A DNA stretch of 64,000 nt from Promethearchaeia archaeon (GCA_046483985.1 JAWOCD010000111.1:13521-77520); one strand, 5' to 3'. Counted from the stretch's first letter, positions 20,501 to 31,044 are shown. The notes: generated by a model from the letters alone, not told the origin. Made by a program: numbers and translations.

Positions 20501-21316
20501 TTATTCGATTAATCCCAATTCTTGACGGGTTGGCTTATAGAACTCTCTGGTAGGATTTGCCGCATTATAGAAAAAATCGTATGAGAAAGCGTTTCTAAGT
20601 TTCATATCTCCGGCAAATTGAAAGAGAGCATCTGTATTTGGCTTAATTTTTCTTAATTTTTGCACGGGAGAACCATATTTGAAAATCTGATACCGTTGAC
20701 GAACTTTTAATAGATGAGAAAGACGCTCTAACTCCAGCGGTGTTATTTGACTTTTATGTTGACCTAAAGTCTTTATTTTAATAGAGAGATTTTTCTTCTG
20801 AATTTTTAACAAAAAATTTGGACTAAAAGTATAATATAGAAAGATATTGCGGGGAAGATATTCTTTCCTTATCCGGAAAAGAGCCAATAAGGGAATTCTC
20901 CCAGTATTTATATGGTCATTATGAAAATCAACAGGAAAAATAGGATCTGGAGCAAAAACAATATTTGGTTTCTCTTTGAGGAGAAGGTCTTTACACCTTT
21001 TGATTGAAGATTTGGTTAGCGGTAAAAAACCGTCAACATAGCCCATTTTAACAAGTTTGGGATGATTTTTGAGTTCTTTTTCATAAATATTGTTGGCATC
21101 TTCAAGCTCTTTCATCCGGATTCTCCGAAGTCTTTTTCCTTTGAAATCAGTTCGATCAGTACCATATTCGGAATTTGTCATCAAAATTTCTTTGACTGTG
21201 TAACCAGACCGCAAAAATTCTATACATGCAAAGGAGGTCCCAAATTCTAAATCATCAGCATGAGGTACAAAAAATAGCACAGGATTGTTATGAGTAGATT
21301 GATTGTGGGAAGCCAT
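20501..21316 (-). CDS. PIG-L/LmbE family deacetylase
   Basis: PHADDLEFG and HNDH metal motifs, RMKEL. Confidence 0.88.
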   Translation of the reverse strand: MASHNQSTHNNPVLFFVPHADDLEFGTSFACIEFLRSGYTVKEILMTNSEYGTDRTDFKGKRLRRIRMKELEDANNIYEKELKNHPKLVKMGYVDGFLPLTKSSIKRCKDLLLKEKPNIVFAPDPIFPVDFHNDHINTGRIPLLALFRIRKEYLPRNIFLYYTFSPNFLLKIQKKNLSIKIKTLGQHKSQITPLELERLSHLLKVRQRYQIFKYGSPVQKLRKIKPNTDALFQFAGDMKLRNAFSYDFFYNAANPTREFYKPTRQELGLIE

Positions 21317-21366
21317 CAAATATAAAAATGAGAACTTTTCTAATTAATATTTCTTCAGAAAAACTT

Positions 21367-21930
21367 TTAATTTATATTGGGAAAAAATTCACTTACTATC
21401 TTCGATTTGATTTTGTGTGCGGATTCTTCAATATTCAATTTATCGGTATTTACAATTAAATCTGGGTCCTTAGGGTCTTCATATTTAACTTGAATGCCAG
21501 GAACCGTCTTGCTTTCGCCTTTTTTTGCTTTTTCATATATTTCGTCGGGGGCTTCTTTAGTATCTGCTCGGCTCATTTCTCTTTTTATTGCCACCTTAAG
21601 CGGACACTGTAAAAAGATAAGTAAAAAGTTGGGAATGATTTCGTTTGCCAATGCTCTGTATTTTCGTCTATTTCCCGTCCCGTCCATGATGACATTTGTT
21701 CCGTGATCCACAAGTAATTTAGAAGTAAAAGCAAACGCATTATAGACTATTTGACGTTCTTGATCATTATATTGGGGATTCGGCGTTATATATTTTCGCA
21801 TGTAATCTGTTTGGAGGATAAAGGCAGAGATGTCCTCCTTTTTTAATAATCTATCCAGTTTTTCTGCAATAGATGACTTTCCAGACCCCGGTATTCCCGT
21901 CAACCAGACTGCAAAATTTTTGCTATCCAT
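21367..21930 (-). CDS. Adenylyl-sulfate-kinase-like P-loop kinase
   Basis: VWLTGIPGSGKS, YEDPKDPDL; overlaps the upstream phosphotransferase by 8 nt. Confidence 0.85.
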   Translation of the reverse strand: MDSKNFAVWLTGIPGSGKSSIAEKLDRLLKKEDISAFILQTDYMRKYITPNPQYNDQERQIVYNAFAFTSKLLVDHGTNVIMDGTGNRRKYRALANEIIPNFLLIFLQCPLKVAIKREMSRADTKEAPDEIYEKAKKGESKTVPGIQVKYEDPKDPDLIVNTDKLNIEESAHKIKSKIVSEFFPNIN

Positions 21931-23014
21931 CGTTTTTTACAAATTGATTTTTCATTTTTTCCAATGTAAATTTATCAGTGTCTAATGCGTATTCTATAAA
22001 CTGAATCAACCGTTTTCTTACATTTGACTGTAAATTTGGATTCCATACGGGTGAAGCAAGAACTAAACATCGCCAAGCAAAAAAGGGAGAAGCTACCTCC
22101 ATGATTATCCTATCATCTGTTTTCTCTAAGTAGTTATCCCAAAAAATATCAAATAATCTAAGAAAATGGTCTTGGGCTTCCTTGTACTGGAGGGCAAAGA
22201 AGAGATAATTTATAGTCATGCTGACAACATCGTCTGCGGGTTCACCCCATTCCCCTCTGCTTCTGTCTAACACAGAAAAATCCAACGTCTCATCAAATAA
22301 GATATTCCACGGGTGAAAATCCCCGTGAACTTGGGATAATCTATCCTCATAATCCCGTAATTTGTATCTCCAATCGATACATTTCTTTTCAATCCTCTTC
22401 AAATCGGTTTGTCCAATAAAGTCATAGTCTAAGGGATAGCTGTCCGTAAGACCCATAATACATTCTCCATCTCCGATAAGTTCCCTTATCCTCCTTCGAT
22501 ATAATAAGGGATTATCCTTTTTTTGCGAATGAATCTCAACTAAATAATCCGAGAGGGCTTTTGTTCGTTCAATATCAATCACATCGGGTTCACTTTTTTC
22601 TGCTAACTTTTCAAGATCAAAATAGTAAGGGTTTCCATCGACCTTTTCGACAATTTGAAAGAATTCTTTGGGATTATCAATTGATTCCATAGCGCCAGAT
22701 TGCGTATAGACCCCAATATCAAGAGAGTTAACATGCTTTGGCAAATTATTATAACTTGAATGTGCAAAAAGTAAACCTTTTGCCCTATCATAGAAGAATT
22801 CATGACCGAATCGATTCTTTTCCATAGTGGTTAGTACTAATGACTTCGATGTGCCGTCCAGAGAATAATCCACCAACAAATTTTCGCCATACCCAAATTG
22901 CTTTAAATCTTCTTCATTTTCTTCTTCTGGTATTTTTTGAATTTGATTTATGCTTACCGGTTTACCAAAAACATTTTCTAAGTATTTTTTTATCTTTTTA
23001 TTTAAATCACTCAT
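21923..23014 (-). CDS. Aminoglycoside-phosphotransferase-like kinase
   Basis: VHGDFHPWNI catalytic loop, LDRSRGEWGEPADD. Confidence 0.88.
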   Translation of the reverse strand: MSDLNKKIKKYLENVFGKPVSINQIQKIPEEENEEDLKQFGYGENLLVDYSLDGTSKSLVLTTMEKNRFGHEFFYDRAKGLLFAHSSYNNLPKHVNSLDIGVYTQSGAMESIDNPKEFFQIVEKVDGNPYYFDLEKLAEKSEPDVIDIERTKALSDYLVEIHSQKKDNPLLYRRRIRELIGDGECIMGLTDSYPLDYDFIGQTDLKRIEKKCIDWRYKLRDYEDRLSQVHGDFHPWNILFDETLDFSVLDRSRGEWGEPADDVVSMTINYLFFALQYKEAQDHFLRLFDIFWDNYLEKTDDRIIMEVASPFFAWRCLVLASPVWNPNLQSNVRKRLIQFIEYALDTDKFTLEKMKNQFVKNDG

Positions 23015-23220
23015 GGGAAATTAATGGCTTTCTTTAGTAGGTGATTTTAAAATGGATGGTTAAAATTTTCAGAGTAAATCTATTCAAACAAATTAGAATC
23101 AAATATTTAAGCATTTTATCTAAAATCTAAAAATTGAGAGGGGAACTTCTTTTCGCTATAAGTTAAATTAAAAATGATGAGGAACATTATCTACCTAAGA
23201 AGAAGAGTTGAAAAAATAAG

Positions 23221-24402
23221 ATGAAAATCGCTTGGGACCAAATACGGAAGGAATTTTTTCCAGCATTACAGGAATATACGTATTTAATGGCTGCTTCATC
23301 CTCCCCTATGAATAAGAAGGCTTATGAAAGCGGGACGGCATATTTTAATAAAATGTTACATCACGGGGATATTAAGAGTGAACAATTCTTTGAGGATGTT
23401 GATAAAGCCCGAGAATTGGTGGCGGACTATATTAATGCTAAGCCTCATGAAATTGCCTTTTTGATTAACACTTCCTCTGGGATGAACGTAGTAGCTCGAT
23501 TATTTGAAAATGAGAAGGGGGAAATCTTGTATCCTTCACTTGAATTTCCCGCTTCCATACACATCTTTCGCAAGTTAGGATATTCTTGTAAGAAGATCGG
23601 AGATGAGCAGGGAAAATATCCCATTGAAGCCTTTCAAAATGAGCTCACCGACCACACAAAATATATTGTTCATACCCATGTACAATCATTCAACGGGTTT
23701 CGACAAGATTTGGAGGAATTAGGAGATTTTTGCAAAAAAAAAGAGGTCATTAATATTGTTAACGCCACGCAATCGTTTGGTTCTTACGATTTAGATGTGC
23801 AAGCACAAAAAATCGACATCTTAGTCGCTAACGGATTAAAGTGGATAGGATGCGGTTTCGGTACCGGAATTCTTTATATAAATCAGAAATTCATTAAAAA
23901 ACGACCCTTACCAGTATCTTCGTGGCTTAGCGTTACAGATCCTTTCGCAATGGATAATGAAAATATGGATATCGTTCAGAAAATAAGTTCTATGGATGGT
24001 CTCGGTGGATGTCCTAATTTTCCTGCATTATTAGCGTTTAAAGGGGGATTAGAGCTTCTCAATGATGTCATTGGAGATGGCGACATCAATGTCGCAGTAC
24101 GTCATATTCAAGAGAGAGTTCTCAACCTCGCGTCTATGTTACTGCAAGGTTTAAAAAAATGTCAATTAAATCTCAAAATAATTACTCCCCCAGGATCTAA
24201 GTGGAGATCGGGAATTATTACAGTAGAGTATGAATACGCAGAGAATTTATATGACTACTTGGTGCAAAATAATATCTATGTTACTTTAAAGCGGTATCCA
24301 AAATTAGAGAAATCCACACTACTTCGATTTGCGGTGAATTATTATAACAATAGAACAGATATTGAAAAAGCGCTAAATGTATTGAATTCTTTTAAGCAAT
24401 AA
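23221..24402 (+). CDS. Class V PLP-dependent aminotransferase / C-S lyase-like
   Basis: NTSSGMN, EFPAS, NATQSFG, ANGLKW (PLP Lys), LRFAVNYYN; no desulfurase Cys loop. Confidence 0.85.
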   Translation: MKIAWDQIRKEFFPALQEYTYLMAASSSPMNKKAYESGTAYFNKMLHHGDIKSEQFFEDVDKARELVADYINAKPHEIAFLINTSSGMNVVARLFENEKGEILYPSLEFPASIHIFRKLGYSCKKIGDEQGKYPIEAFQNELTDHTKYIVHTHVQSFNGFRQDLEELGDFCKKKEVINIVNATQSFGSYDLDVQAQKIDILVANGLKWIGCGFGTGILYINQKFIKKRPLPVSSWLSVTDPFAMDNENMDIVQKISSMDGLGGCPNFPALLAFKGGLELLNDVIGDGDINVAVRHIQERVLNLASMLLQGLKKCQLNLKIITPPGSKWRSGIITVEYEYAENLYDYLVQNNIYVTLKRYPKLEKSTLLRFAVNYYNNRTDIEKALNVLNSFKQ

Positions 24403-24403
24403 T

Positions 24404-24880
24404 CTATCGAGAACGACAACTTGTATTGCGAAATTGGCGAAAGTCAATTTCTCGCTCGTATAATCCAATTATGGTTGCCTTTTCTATCTCATGTTGATGA
24501 ATGATTTTCCTAAAATTTCTGCAGTTTAGATCTTTTAGTTGATCCGTATCGAGTGCGTATACGGTAAAATGGAATTCATGGGTTCCCTCTTTCGGAAAAG
24601 GACCAGTATATCCTAAATCCCGGTAATCATTTTCGATTACCTTCCCAGGAACGGGTCCATTTTGCGGGATCTCCCGAACATCCTTGGGTATATCATACAC
24701 GTTCCAGAGACTCCAGTTCCCCACTTTGGTATCGGGATCGATACATGTTAGTGCAAAACTTTTGGTTTCTTTAGGGGGTTGTTTCCACTTTAAATGGGGG
24801 GAAAATGATTCAGCTTGTCCCGTGAACTTTTTTTCCAACATTTCCCTATTATTAAAGTCATTACTAATCAGTTCCATCAT
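24404..24880 (-). CDS. YbhB/YbcL (PEBP/RKIP-like) protein, divergent paralog
   Basis: SPHLKW, DPD, YTGPFPK, HEFHFTVYALD. Confidence 0.85.
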   Translation of the reverse strand: MMELISNDFNNREMLEKKFTGQAESFSPHLKWKQPPKETKSFALTCIDPDTKVGNWSLWNVYDIPKDVREIPQNGPVPGKVIENDYRDLGYTGPFPKEGTHEFHFTVYALDTDQLKDLNCRNFRKIIHQHEIEKATIIGLYEREIDFRQFRNTSCRSR

Positions 24881-25018
24881 TATCAAGGAAATAAAGGAAA
24901 TAACTCAATAAAAATTCCTAGATTTTAGAATCGTTATTTTTCTGTTCTAAGAATTATGAACGTTAACCAAATATCGAAAAAAGATAAAAAAATTAAGAGG
25001 GGGGATAACATTTAAACA

Positions 25019-25444
25019 TTAACGGGTATAGAGACCGATCATCTCTGCTTTTTCGAGAGTGTGTTGTTTTACCTTTTTCTTGAAATTACTTTTCTTGACT
25101 CCTTTTAGCTCTTCATCAAGTGCATAAACTCTAAAGAAATATCGATGAGTCCCACTTGGTGGACAAGGGCCACCATATTCTTTCTTACCGAAATCATTTT
25201 TAGCTTGTTTTCCAGGGACTGGTCCATTTTGTGCTATTTCTCTTGTGTCATCGGGAATATTATATACATACCAATGCACCCAATCACCAGCTGGTGCATC
25301 GGGATCATTACAAGAAACGGCAAAGCATTTGGTACCATTGGGTACATCATCCCACTTGAGATGCGGAGAAATATCATCGCCATCACAAGTAAACTTGCTG
25401 TCCATTTCCTCATTATGGTCAAAATCTTGGCTAGTTAACTGCAT
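25019..25444 (-). CDS. YbhB/YbcL (PEBP/RKIP-like) protein
   Basis: TCDGDDISPHL, DPDAP, WVHW, YGGPCPPSGTHRYFF. Confidence 0.93.
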   Translation of the reverse strand: MQLTSQDFDHNEEMDSKFTCDGDDISPHLKWDDVPNGTKCFAVSCNDPDAPAGDWVHWYVYNIPDDTREIAQNGPVPGKQAKNDFGKKEYGGPCPPSGTHRYFFRVYALDEELKGVKKSNFKKKVKQHTLEKAEMIGLYTR

Positions 25445-25519
25445 ATTTTTATATCAAGATAACACTTTATTTAAAACTGATGTTTAAAAAGAATAAATTT
25501 CATTCTATCTGAAACCAGT

Positions 25520-25549
25520 TTTTATAAACTTCCGGGTCCAATAATAAGT
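25520..25549 (+). promoter_or_regulatory. Archaeal TATA promoter, leaderless geometry
   Basis: TTTTATAAA ending about 21 nt before ATG 25550. Confidence 0.55.
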
Positions 25550-25762
25550 ATGGAAAGCCTAAGTGAAGAAGAACAATTCATCTATAAAAAATTAGTGGAA
25601 AATGACGGAAAACTGGGATATAAAGATTTACAAGATTTATGTGCAAATGAATTTGAAGGAGTTCGCCTCATCTTGAAGAAAATGAAAGGAAAGGGGATCT
25701 TAGATTACGACGGTGTGATTCCGGGATTTTCCGCGGAGATAGATTTGATTAAGGAATTCTAA
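25550..25762 (+). CDS. Small winged-helix protein (70 aa)
   Basis: LSEEEQFIYKKL...VRLILKKMKGKGIL wHTH-like pattern; own TATA box. Confidence 0.7.
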   Translation: MESLSEEEQFIYKKLVENDGKLGYKDLQDLCANEFEGVRLILKKMKGKGILDYDGVIPGFSAEIDLIKEF

Positions 25763-26014
25763 ATCCTTGACAATTTTTATTTTTATTTTTATTTTTATTT
25801 TCTTCGCCATAAAGGGGGGGGATTCTTTTGTCTTTAATGATAAAAAAGGGAGTGTATCTTAGAAAATCTGAGGATTTAGTGGAAGGAATCCATGAACAAG
25901 ATTCCCAACTAATAGTTGAAACCGTGAGCCTTCGGTCAGAGAAAAACAATAATTTATTGAGAGGAATTTTCATCTTTTTTAAAAAGTTAAATAAAATTAT
26001 TAATTCTCTTTGTT

Positions 26015-27013
26015 ATGCTAGAATTTCGAATTTATGTTTTTGTTATAGCTTGGTTATTTATGGGTTATATTGCCTATCTTCTATTCAGCATTGATTTAAT
26101 TTTGGCTCTGATTTTCTTGGCTTTTTTGGCTGTTAATATCATTTATACCGTCTTGACCTATTCCCGTTCCATCTCTTGGCCGTACCATGAATGGATTGAC
26201 ACTTCTTTAGTCGATATTAAAAAAGTGACAATTCCTTCCTCTACAGAAGGAGCATATCTTCAAGCATTAATTATTCGAGATAAAAGCCGGGATCCAGACA
26301 AGAAGCAACCTGGAATCCTTATCTCTCACGGATATACAGGACATAAAGAGAAGACCTTTAAATATGCAATTCCATTGGCGTTGAATGGGTTCACCATTCT
26401 TTGTATGGATCTCCGGGGACACGGAGAATCAACGGATAAACAATTCGATATGAATGATATAGTAGGTATAATGGACGATGTCGAAAAGGAAATCGATTTC
26501 TTAGAGCAAATCGAAAATGTTGATTCAGAGCGTCTGCTAATGATTGGGCATTCCTTGGGTGCTCTTGCCTCTTTAAGTGAGGGATATAAAGATCCACGAT
26601 TAAAAATGATTATTGCACTCTCTGGAGTTTACAACCTATTAGAGCATTATGAGAAACATAAAAATTTTATGCTAAGAGCAATTAAATATCAATTTACAAA
26701 AGATCTGGACGGGGCATTAGAAAATTGGAATGAAAAAATATCTCCCGAATTTTTCTTAAAAAACGGGACTCCCAATAAGATTCCGGACGAAAAAAGAGTA
26801 TTTTTAGTTCACAGCAAAAAGGATAAACTTCTCAATGTGGAAGGAACCTATAACATCAAAAGGGCTTTAAATCTGCCAGAAAAGAACGTATTGTTAGTAA
26901 ATGCGCCCGAAGAGAAGTATTTAAATTCGGGACATGAATTAGTCGGGCAAACACCGATTATTGTAGATTTTTTAATTAAAGTAGCAAATAGAATTAAAAA
27001 CACAGAATATTAA
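26015..27013 (+). CDS. Membrane-anchored alpha/beta hydrolase
   Basis: Two N-terminal TMs, HGYTG, DLRGHGES, GHSLG nucleophile, D and H triad candidates. Confidence 0.9.
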   Translation: MLEFRIYVFVIAWLFMGYIAYLLFSIDLILALIFLAFLAVNIIYTVLTYSRSISWPYHEWIDTSLVDIKKVTIPSSTEGAYLQALIIRDKSRDPDKKQPGILISHGYTGHKEKTFKYAIPLALNGFTILCMDLRGHGESTDKQFDMNDIVGIMDDVEKEIDFLEQIENVDSERLLMIGHSLGALASLSEGYKDPRLKMIIALSGVYNLLEHYEKHKNFMLRAIKYQFTKDLDGALENWNEKISPEFFLKNGTPNKIPDEKRVFLVHSKKDKLLNVEGTYNIKRALNLPEKNVLLVNAPEEKYLNSGHELVGQTPIIVDFLIKVANRIKNTEY

Positions 27014-27077
27014 AGCAATAATTTTTTTATTTTTATTATTATTTTCATAATTCTATTATTTTGATTGTCTTGATTGT

Positions 27078-27836
27078 CTAAGTAATAGAAGCTTCCGATC
27101 TTCCTAATTCCCTTAGGGCTTTAATAACTCCTCTTTTTAGATGTTCAATCTTTTCGGAGTTTTCTAATGCCTCTAAAGTATCCATCAGCAAATCTCCCAG
27201 ATTATCTTTTTCAATTTCCTTTAAGGCAAAAAAAGTCAGTTTCCAGACATCAGAACGCTGAGAATCTAATTTTTTTATCAGATGAGGGACAGCCTTTTTA
27301 CTCCTTAGCTCTTTTAATGCCGTGATTGCGCTTCTTTGTATGTTTCTATTCGATGATTTTAACATCCTTATGAGATGCAAGGTTGAGGATTTTAAATCAA
27401 GCTCGGCATATCCTTTGATGGCTTCCACTTGAAGTGCGTCTGTATCGCTTTCAATAGCCTTCTTTAATAACTTTTTCACCGCATTAAGATATTTCCGTTC
27501 CTTTGCTGCCAGCACAATTAAAAATCTGAGTATTTCAGTCTTAATTTCAACACAAGAATCATGATTATAAATCCAGAATAAAGGATCGGTTATCTTATCA
27601 CTCTTATAGTTAAAGAGAAGGATTTTCGCCGCCTCCATCCGTACGAGTGCATTCTCATCAGAAAGGAGATAACTTTCACATTGCTTAAAATGAGTTTCAT
27701 CAGATAATCTATTTAAAATCTCTAAAACGCGATGTCTTTTGTTTGAATCATCAGTAATCGAATAAAGATCGTGGAGTTTTCTGATTTTTTCTGTTCGTTC
27801 AAGTTTGCATGAAGCTAAGATGTGATCGGGATCTAT
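27078..27836 (-). CDS. HEAT-repeat protein (frame extends 66 codons upstream of the first ATG; probable ATA start)
   Basis: HEAT-like units (DENALVRMEAAKIL, NRNIQRSAITAL, RSDVWKLTFFAL); open frame up to AGGTGA SD at 27843-27848. Confidence 0.75.
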   Translation of the reverse strand: MDPDHILASCKLERTEKIRKLHDLYSITDDSNKRHRVLEILNRLSDETHFKQCESYLLSDENALVRMEAAKILLFNYKSDKITDPLFWIYNHDSCVEIKTEILRFLIVLAAKERKYLNAVKKLLKKAIESDTDALQVEAIKGYAELDLKSSTLHLIRMLKSSNRNIQRSAITALKELRSKKAVPHLIKKLDSQRSDVWKLTFFALKEIEKDNLGDLLMDTLEALENSEKIEHLKRGVIKALRELGRSEASIT

Positions 27837-27928
27837 AACTATTCACCTTGTTAATAATTTCTTTTCTTAAGTCAATATTATAGAAAAACTGTTTAAGGTT
27901 TACGATTATAAAATAAAAAAATACGCTA

Positions 27929-29011
27929 TTAATTAACTTCCAGTCCTTTCAGATCTTGTTTTAGGTCATATCCACATTCAGCACAGTTTCCATTCTCGAT
28001 CCCTTTCAGGCTCACTGAAAACCCAGAACGCTCAATTAAGACCATTCCGCACTTAGGGCAAAAAGTATTACTACCTCTTCGATCTCTGACATTTCCAATA
28101 TATGGATATTTTAGACCCACATTTTTAGCTATATCGTAAGCGTTAACCAGCAGTTTTTTGGGAGTACTTTGTTTCGATGGTTTCTTATACATGGGACGAT
28201 ATGCTGAGAAATGAAGAGGAGTATTAGCACCTAAATTTTCATAGATCCACTCACATAGTTGTTTCAACTCTTCATCACTATCATTTTTATCAGGAATTAT
28301 TAAATTTGTAATTTCCACATGAATGCCGTTATTCTTAAATCTTTTAGCGGTCTCTAAAACAGGTTTTAGGGTAGGAACCCCACAAATTTCCTTATAAAAT
28401 TCATCTTGCATCGATTTTATGTCGATATTGGCGGCATCGATGCCCACATTAATTAATTCCTCTGAGGCTTCTGGAGTGGAATATCCATTCGTCACGAGTA
28501 CCGTGGTGATCCCTTCCTTCTTCAATAATTCTGCGGTGTCTATTATCCATTCATGCCATATTAGGGGTTCATTATAAGTATAAGCAACGGATCGTGCTCC
28601 GCTTTTTTTGACCTTTTCGACTAACTCCTCTGGTGACATCTCTACCAAATCCATCTCTCCTCCCCTATAATTTTCAAAATCGATAGTTCCACTACTTCCA
28701 TCCTCCGAGGGGGTTGCTTGGCTAATTCGCCAATTCTGACAATTCTTACACCGAAAGGAGCACCCAATAGAGGCAATAGAATAAACTGATGTACCGGGAT
28801 AAAAATGATACAAGGGTTTTTTTTCTATCGGATCGATACTTCCCTTAGAAATCATAGATCCATAGGTTAGTGAAAAAATCTCGCCGTCGATATTTTTTCT
28901 GGTTCCGCAAATACCCACATTACCAGGGGTAATAATACATTCATTTGCACACACATGGCATTCCACTTTTTTATCTTCAAGTGATTCCCATAATTTCGCT
29001 TTCTTAATCAT
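27929..29011 (-). CDS. amrS: AmmeMemoRadiSam system radical SAM enzyme
   Basis: CHVCANEC..GICG, DPIEKKPLYHF, GCSFRCKNCQNW, AYTYNEP, C-terminal Zn ribbon. Confidence 0.9.
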   Translation of the reverse strand: MIKKAKLWESLEDKKVECHVCANECIITPGNVGICGTRKNIDGEIFSLTYGSMISKGSIDPIEKKPLYHFYPGTSVYSIASIGCSFRCKNCQNWRISQATPSEDGSSGTIDFENYRGGEMDLVEMSPEELVEKVKKSGARSVAYTYNEPLIWHEWIIDTAELLKKEGITTVLVTNGYSTPEASEELINVGIDAANIDIKSMQDEFYKEICGVPTLKPVLETAKRFKNNGIHVEITNLIIPDKNDSDEELKQLCEWIYENLGANTPLHFSAYRPMYKKPSKQSTPKKLLVNAYDIAKNVGLKYPYIGNVRDRRGSNTFCPKCGMVLIERSGFSVSLKGIENGNCAECGYDLKQDLKGLEVN

Positions 29012-29377
29012 ATATATTCACTTCGAATATATCTCATCTAATAGTTTTTTTCACTTTTAATATTTAACGGGAGATTAATAAGATTAACAGTTAAGGATTA
29101 TAAAATAATAACGATTTCATTCATCTTGCCTTTAAAATTGATATCCTTATGAATTCCTTTAGTCAAGTCATCATATATTTGTGAAAGAATCTTATCCTAT
29201 TTAAATACGACCTACATATTATGTAATTAATTTACCTTTCAGAGAAATTAATTAGAAGAACAAGTTTTATATTTTTTCAAATTTTTAATTAAATAATTAA
29301 AATTAAATGTGTTTGATCAAATAATTTTAAGCAATACTTACATTAAACAAGTTAACCTTTTGAGATTTGATTAAATT

Positions 29378-29980
29378 ATGAGCGAGAATATTAAACGCAA
29401 AGTATTTAAAGGCATAAATACAAAGATCTCGGATAAATTCGTTGAAGCAGGTCTTGAAAAACTCCGAGCATGTATAAATTGTGGAACTTGTACTGGAAGT
29501 TGTCCCTCGGGGCGTCGTACCGCATACAGGACACGCGCAGCATTACGGAAAGCACTTCTTGGTGATGAGAGCGTTCTTATTGATCCAGATATATGGATGT
29601 GTTCTACTTGTTATTATTGCTATGAACGGTGTCCACGTGATATTCCAGTCACTGATATGATTATAAAACTGCGGAATATAGCCGTAGAAGAATGCCATAT
29701 AATGGATAGTCATTTTGGTCTTGCCGATAAAATTTTCTATGAAACTGGGCATGGCGTCCCAGCCAATGCACCTGATCAACAGAAATGGCGAGATTTACGA
29801 GAATCATATGGATTACCAGCTTTACCGCCAACGGTTCACTCTCATCCCGAAGCTGTTGAGGAATGTCAGACATTAATGAAAGAAGTAGGACTTAGAGATC
29901 TTTTAGACAAGATAGGTAAAGCTAAAGCTGAGGAAAAAGCAAAACAAGAAGCTAAAAACGAGGAGGAAGAAGAAAAATGA
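29378..29980 (+). CDS. hdrC: Heterodisulfide reductase subunit C
   Basis: CINCGTCTGSCPSGRRT, IWMCSTCYYCYERCPR, LPPTVHS. Confidence 0.95.
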   Translation: MSENIKRKVFKGINTKISDKFVEAGLEKLRACINCGTCTGSCPSGRRTAYRTRAALRKALLGDESVLIDPDIWMCSTCYYCYERCPRDIPVTDMIIKLRNIAVEECHIMDSHFGLADKIFYETGHGVPANAPDQQKWRDLRESYGLPALPPTVHSHPEAVEECQTLMKEVGLRDLLDKIGKAKAEEKAKQEAKNEEEEEK

Positions 29981-30924
29981 ATGAAAAACAATTTAAATAC
30001 GCATTGTTTTTGGGATGCGTCATACCCAACAGATATCCTATGATTGAGAGAAGCATTAGGGATGTTTTTGAAGAACTCGGCGCTAAAATTCTTGATATGG
30101 AAGGAGCATCTTGTTGTCCAGCACCTGGTGTATTCCGTGCATTTCATATCCCGACATGGTTAGTAATTGCAGCCCGAAATATTTCAATCGCGGAAGAACT
30201 GGGTGCCAATCCAATCACAGGATGCAACGGATGCTATGGAACCCTTAGGGATGCGTGGTATGATTTAGAGCATAATCCCGAAGAGAAAAAGGAAGTCCAA
30301 GAATTATTGGAAAAAGTGGGGCGAACTTATAAGGGTAATTTAGAACCAAAACACGTAGTTCAAGCATTATATTTGGATATGGGGCTCGACTATTTGAGTG
30401 ATTTTATCAAATATCGATTCAAAGACTTAAAGGTGGCCGTACATTACGGGTGTCACATTGTAAAGCCCAGTGATAAACGACCTTGGGGAGGGGAATATGA
30501 ATACCCTCAGTTCCTGGACGAAATTACCGAATTAACTGGAGCTACCAGTGTCGATTATAAGGATAAATATATGTGTTGTGGTGCAGGAGGAGCCGTTCGA
30601 ACTGCTGATAAAGCAGTTGCAGCAGATTTTACCCGAGAAAAGTTGATGAACATACGGGATGCTGGTGCAGATATCATTCTTACCTGTTGCCCATTCTGTC
30701 ATCTGCAGCTTGATCTCGGTCAGGTAGAAGTGAACAATTTCTATGGAGATATCATCGGCGAACCGTTTGATATTCCGGTAATATACGTTACACAACTGAT
30801 AGGGATGGCTATGGGTTTGGACCCAAATCGATTGGGCTTAATTAAAAACCACGACTTAAAGGGAGTTAGTCCCTTCATTTCTGTCCAACCTTTCTTAGAT
30901 ATAGTGAGGGACCAGTTAGTCTGA
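29977..30924 (+). CDS. hdrB: Heterodisulfide reductase subunit B
   Basis: FLGCVIPNRYP, SCCPAPG, CNGC, HYGCH, CCGAGG, CPFCHLQLD; ATGA overlap with hdrC. Confidence 0.95.
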   Translation: MNEKQFKYALFLGCVIPNRYPMIERSIRDVFEELGAKILDMEGASCCPAPGVFRAFHIPTWLVIAARNISIAEELGANPITGCNGCYGTLRDAWYDLEHNPEEKKEVQELLEKVGRTYKGNLEPKHVVQALYLDMGLDYLSDFIKYRFKDLKVAVHYGCHIVKPSDKRPWGGEYEYPQFLDEITELTGATSVDYKDKYMCCGAGGAVRTADKAVAADFTREKLMNIRDAGADIILTCCPFCHLQLDLGQVEVNNFYGDIIGEPFDIPVIYVTQLIGMAMGLDPNRLGLIKNHDLKGVSPFISVQPFLDIVRDQLV

Positions 30925-30999
30925 GTCTTATTTCTCTTTCTTTTTATTTATTTCTTTTTTAAACTAACAAGCGAATTCATAATATTCTTCCGGTTCTAC

Positions 31000-31044
31000 T
31001 TATTCTAAGCAGTAATTTATTACGTGACCAAATTCGTTGTCCAT
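31000..31044 (-). other. SD-led micro-ORF MDNEFGHVINYCLE (14 aa)
   Basis: GAGGAGG 8 nt upstream of ATG; TAA at 31000-31002. Confidence 0.4.

Noticed and set aside
23221-24402. Cysteine desulfurase (IscS/SufS) call
   Set aside because: No catalytic Cys loop (SACxS or RxGxHCA)
25773-25801. (ATTTTT)n microsatellite and ORFs 25749-25973 / 25828-26094
   Set aside because: Consistent with an oligo-T terminator; ORFs are low-complexity and unsupported
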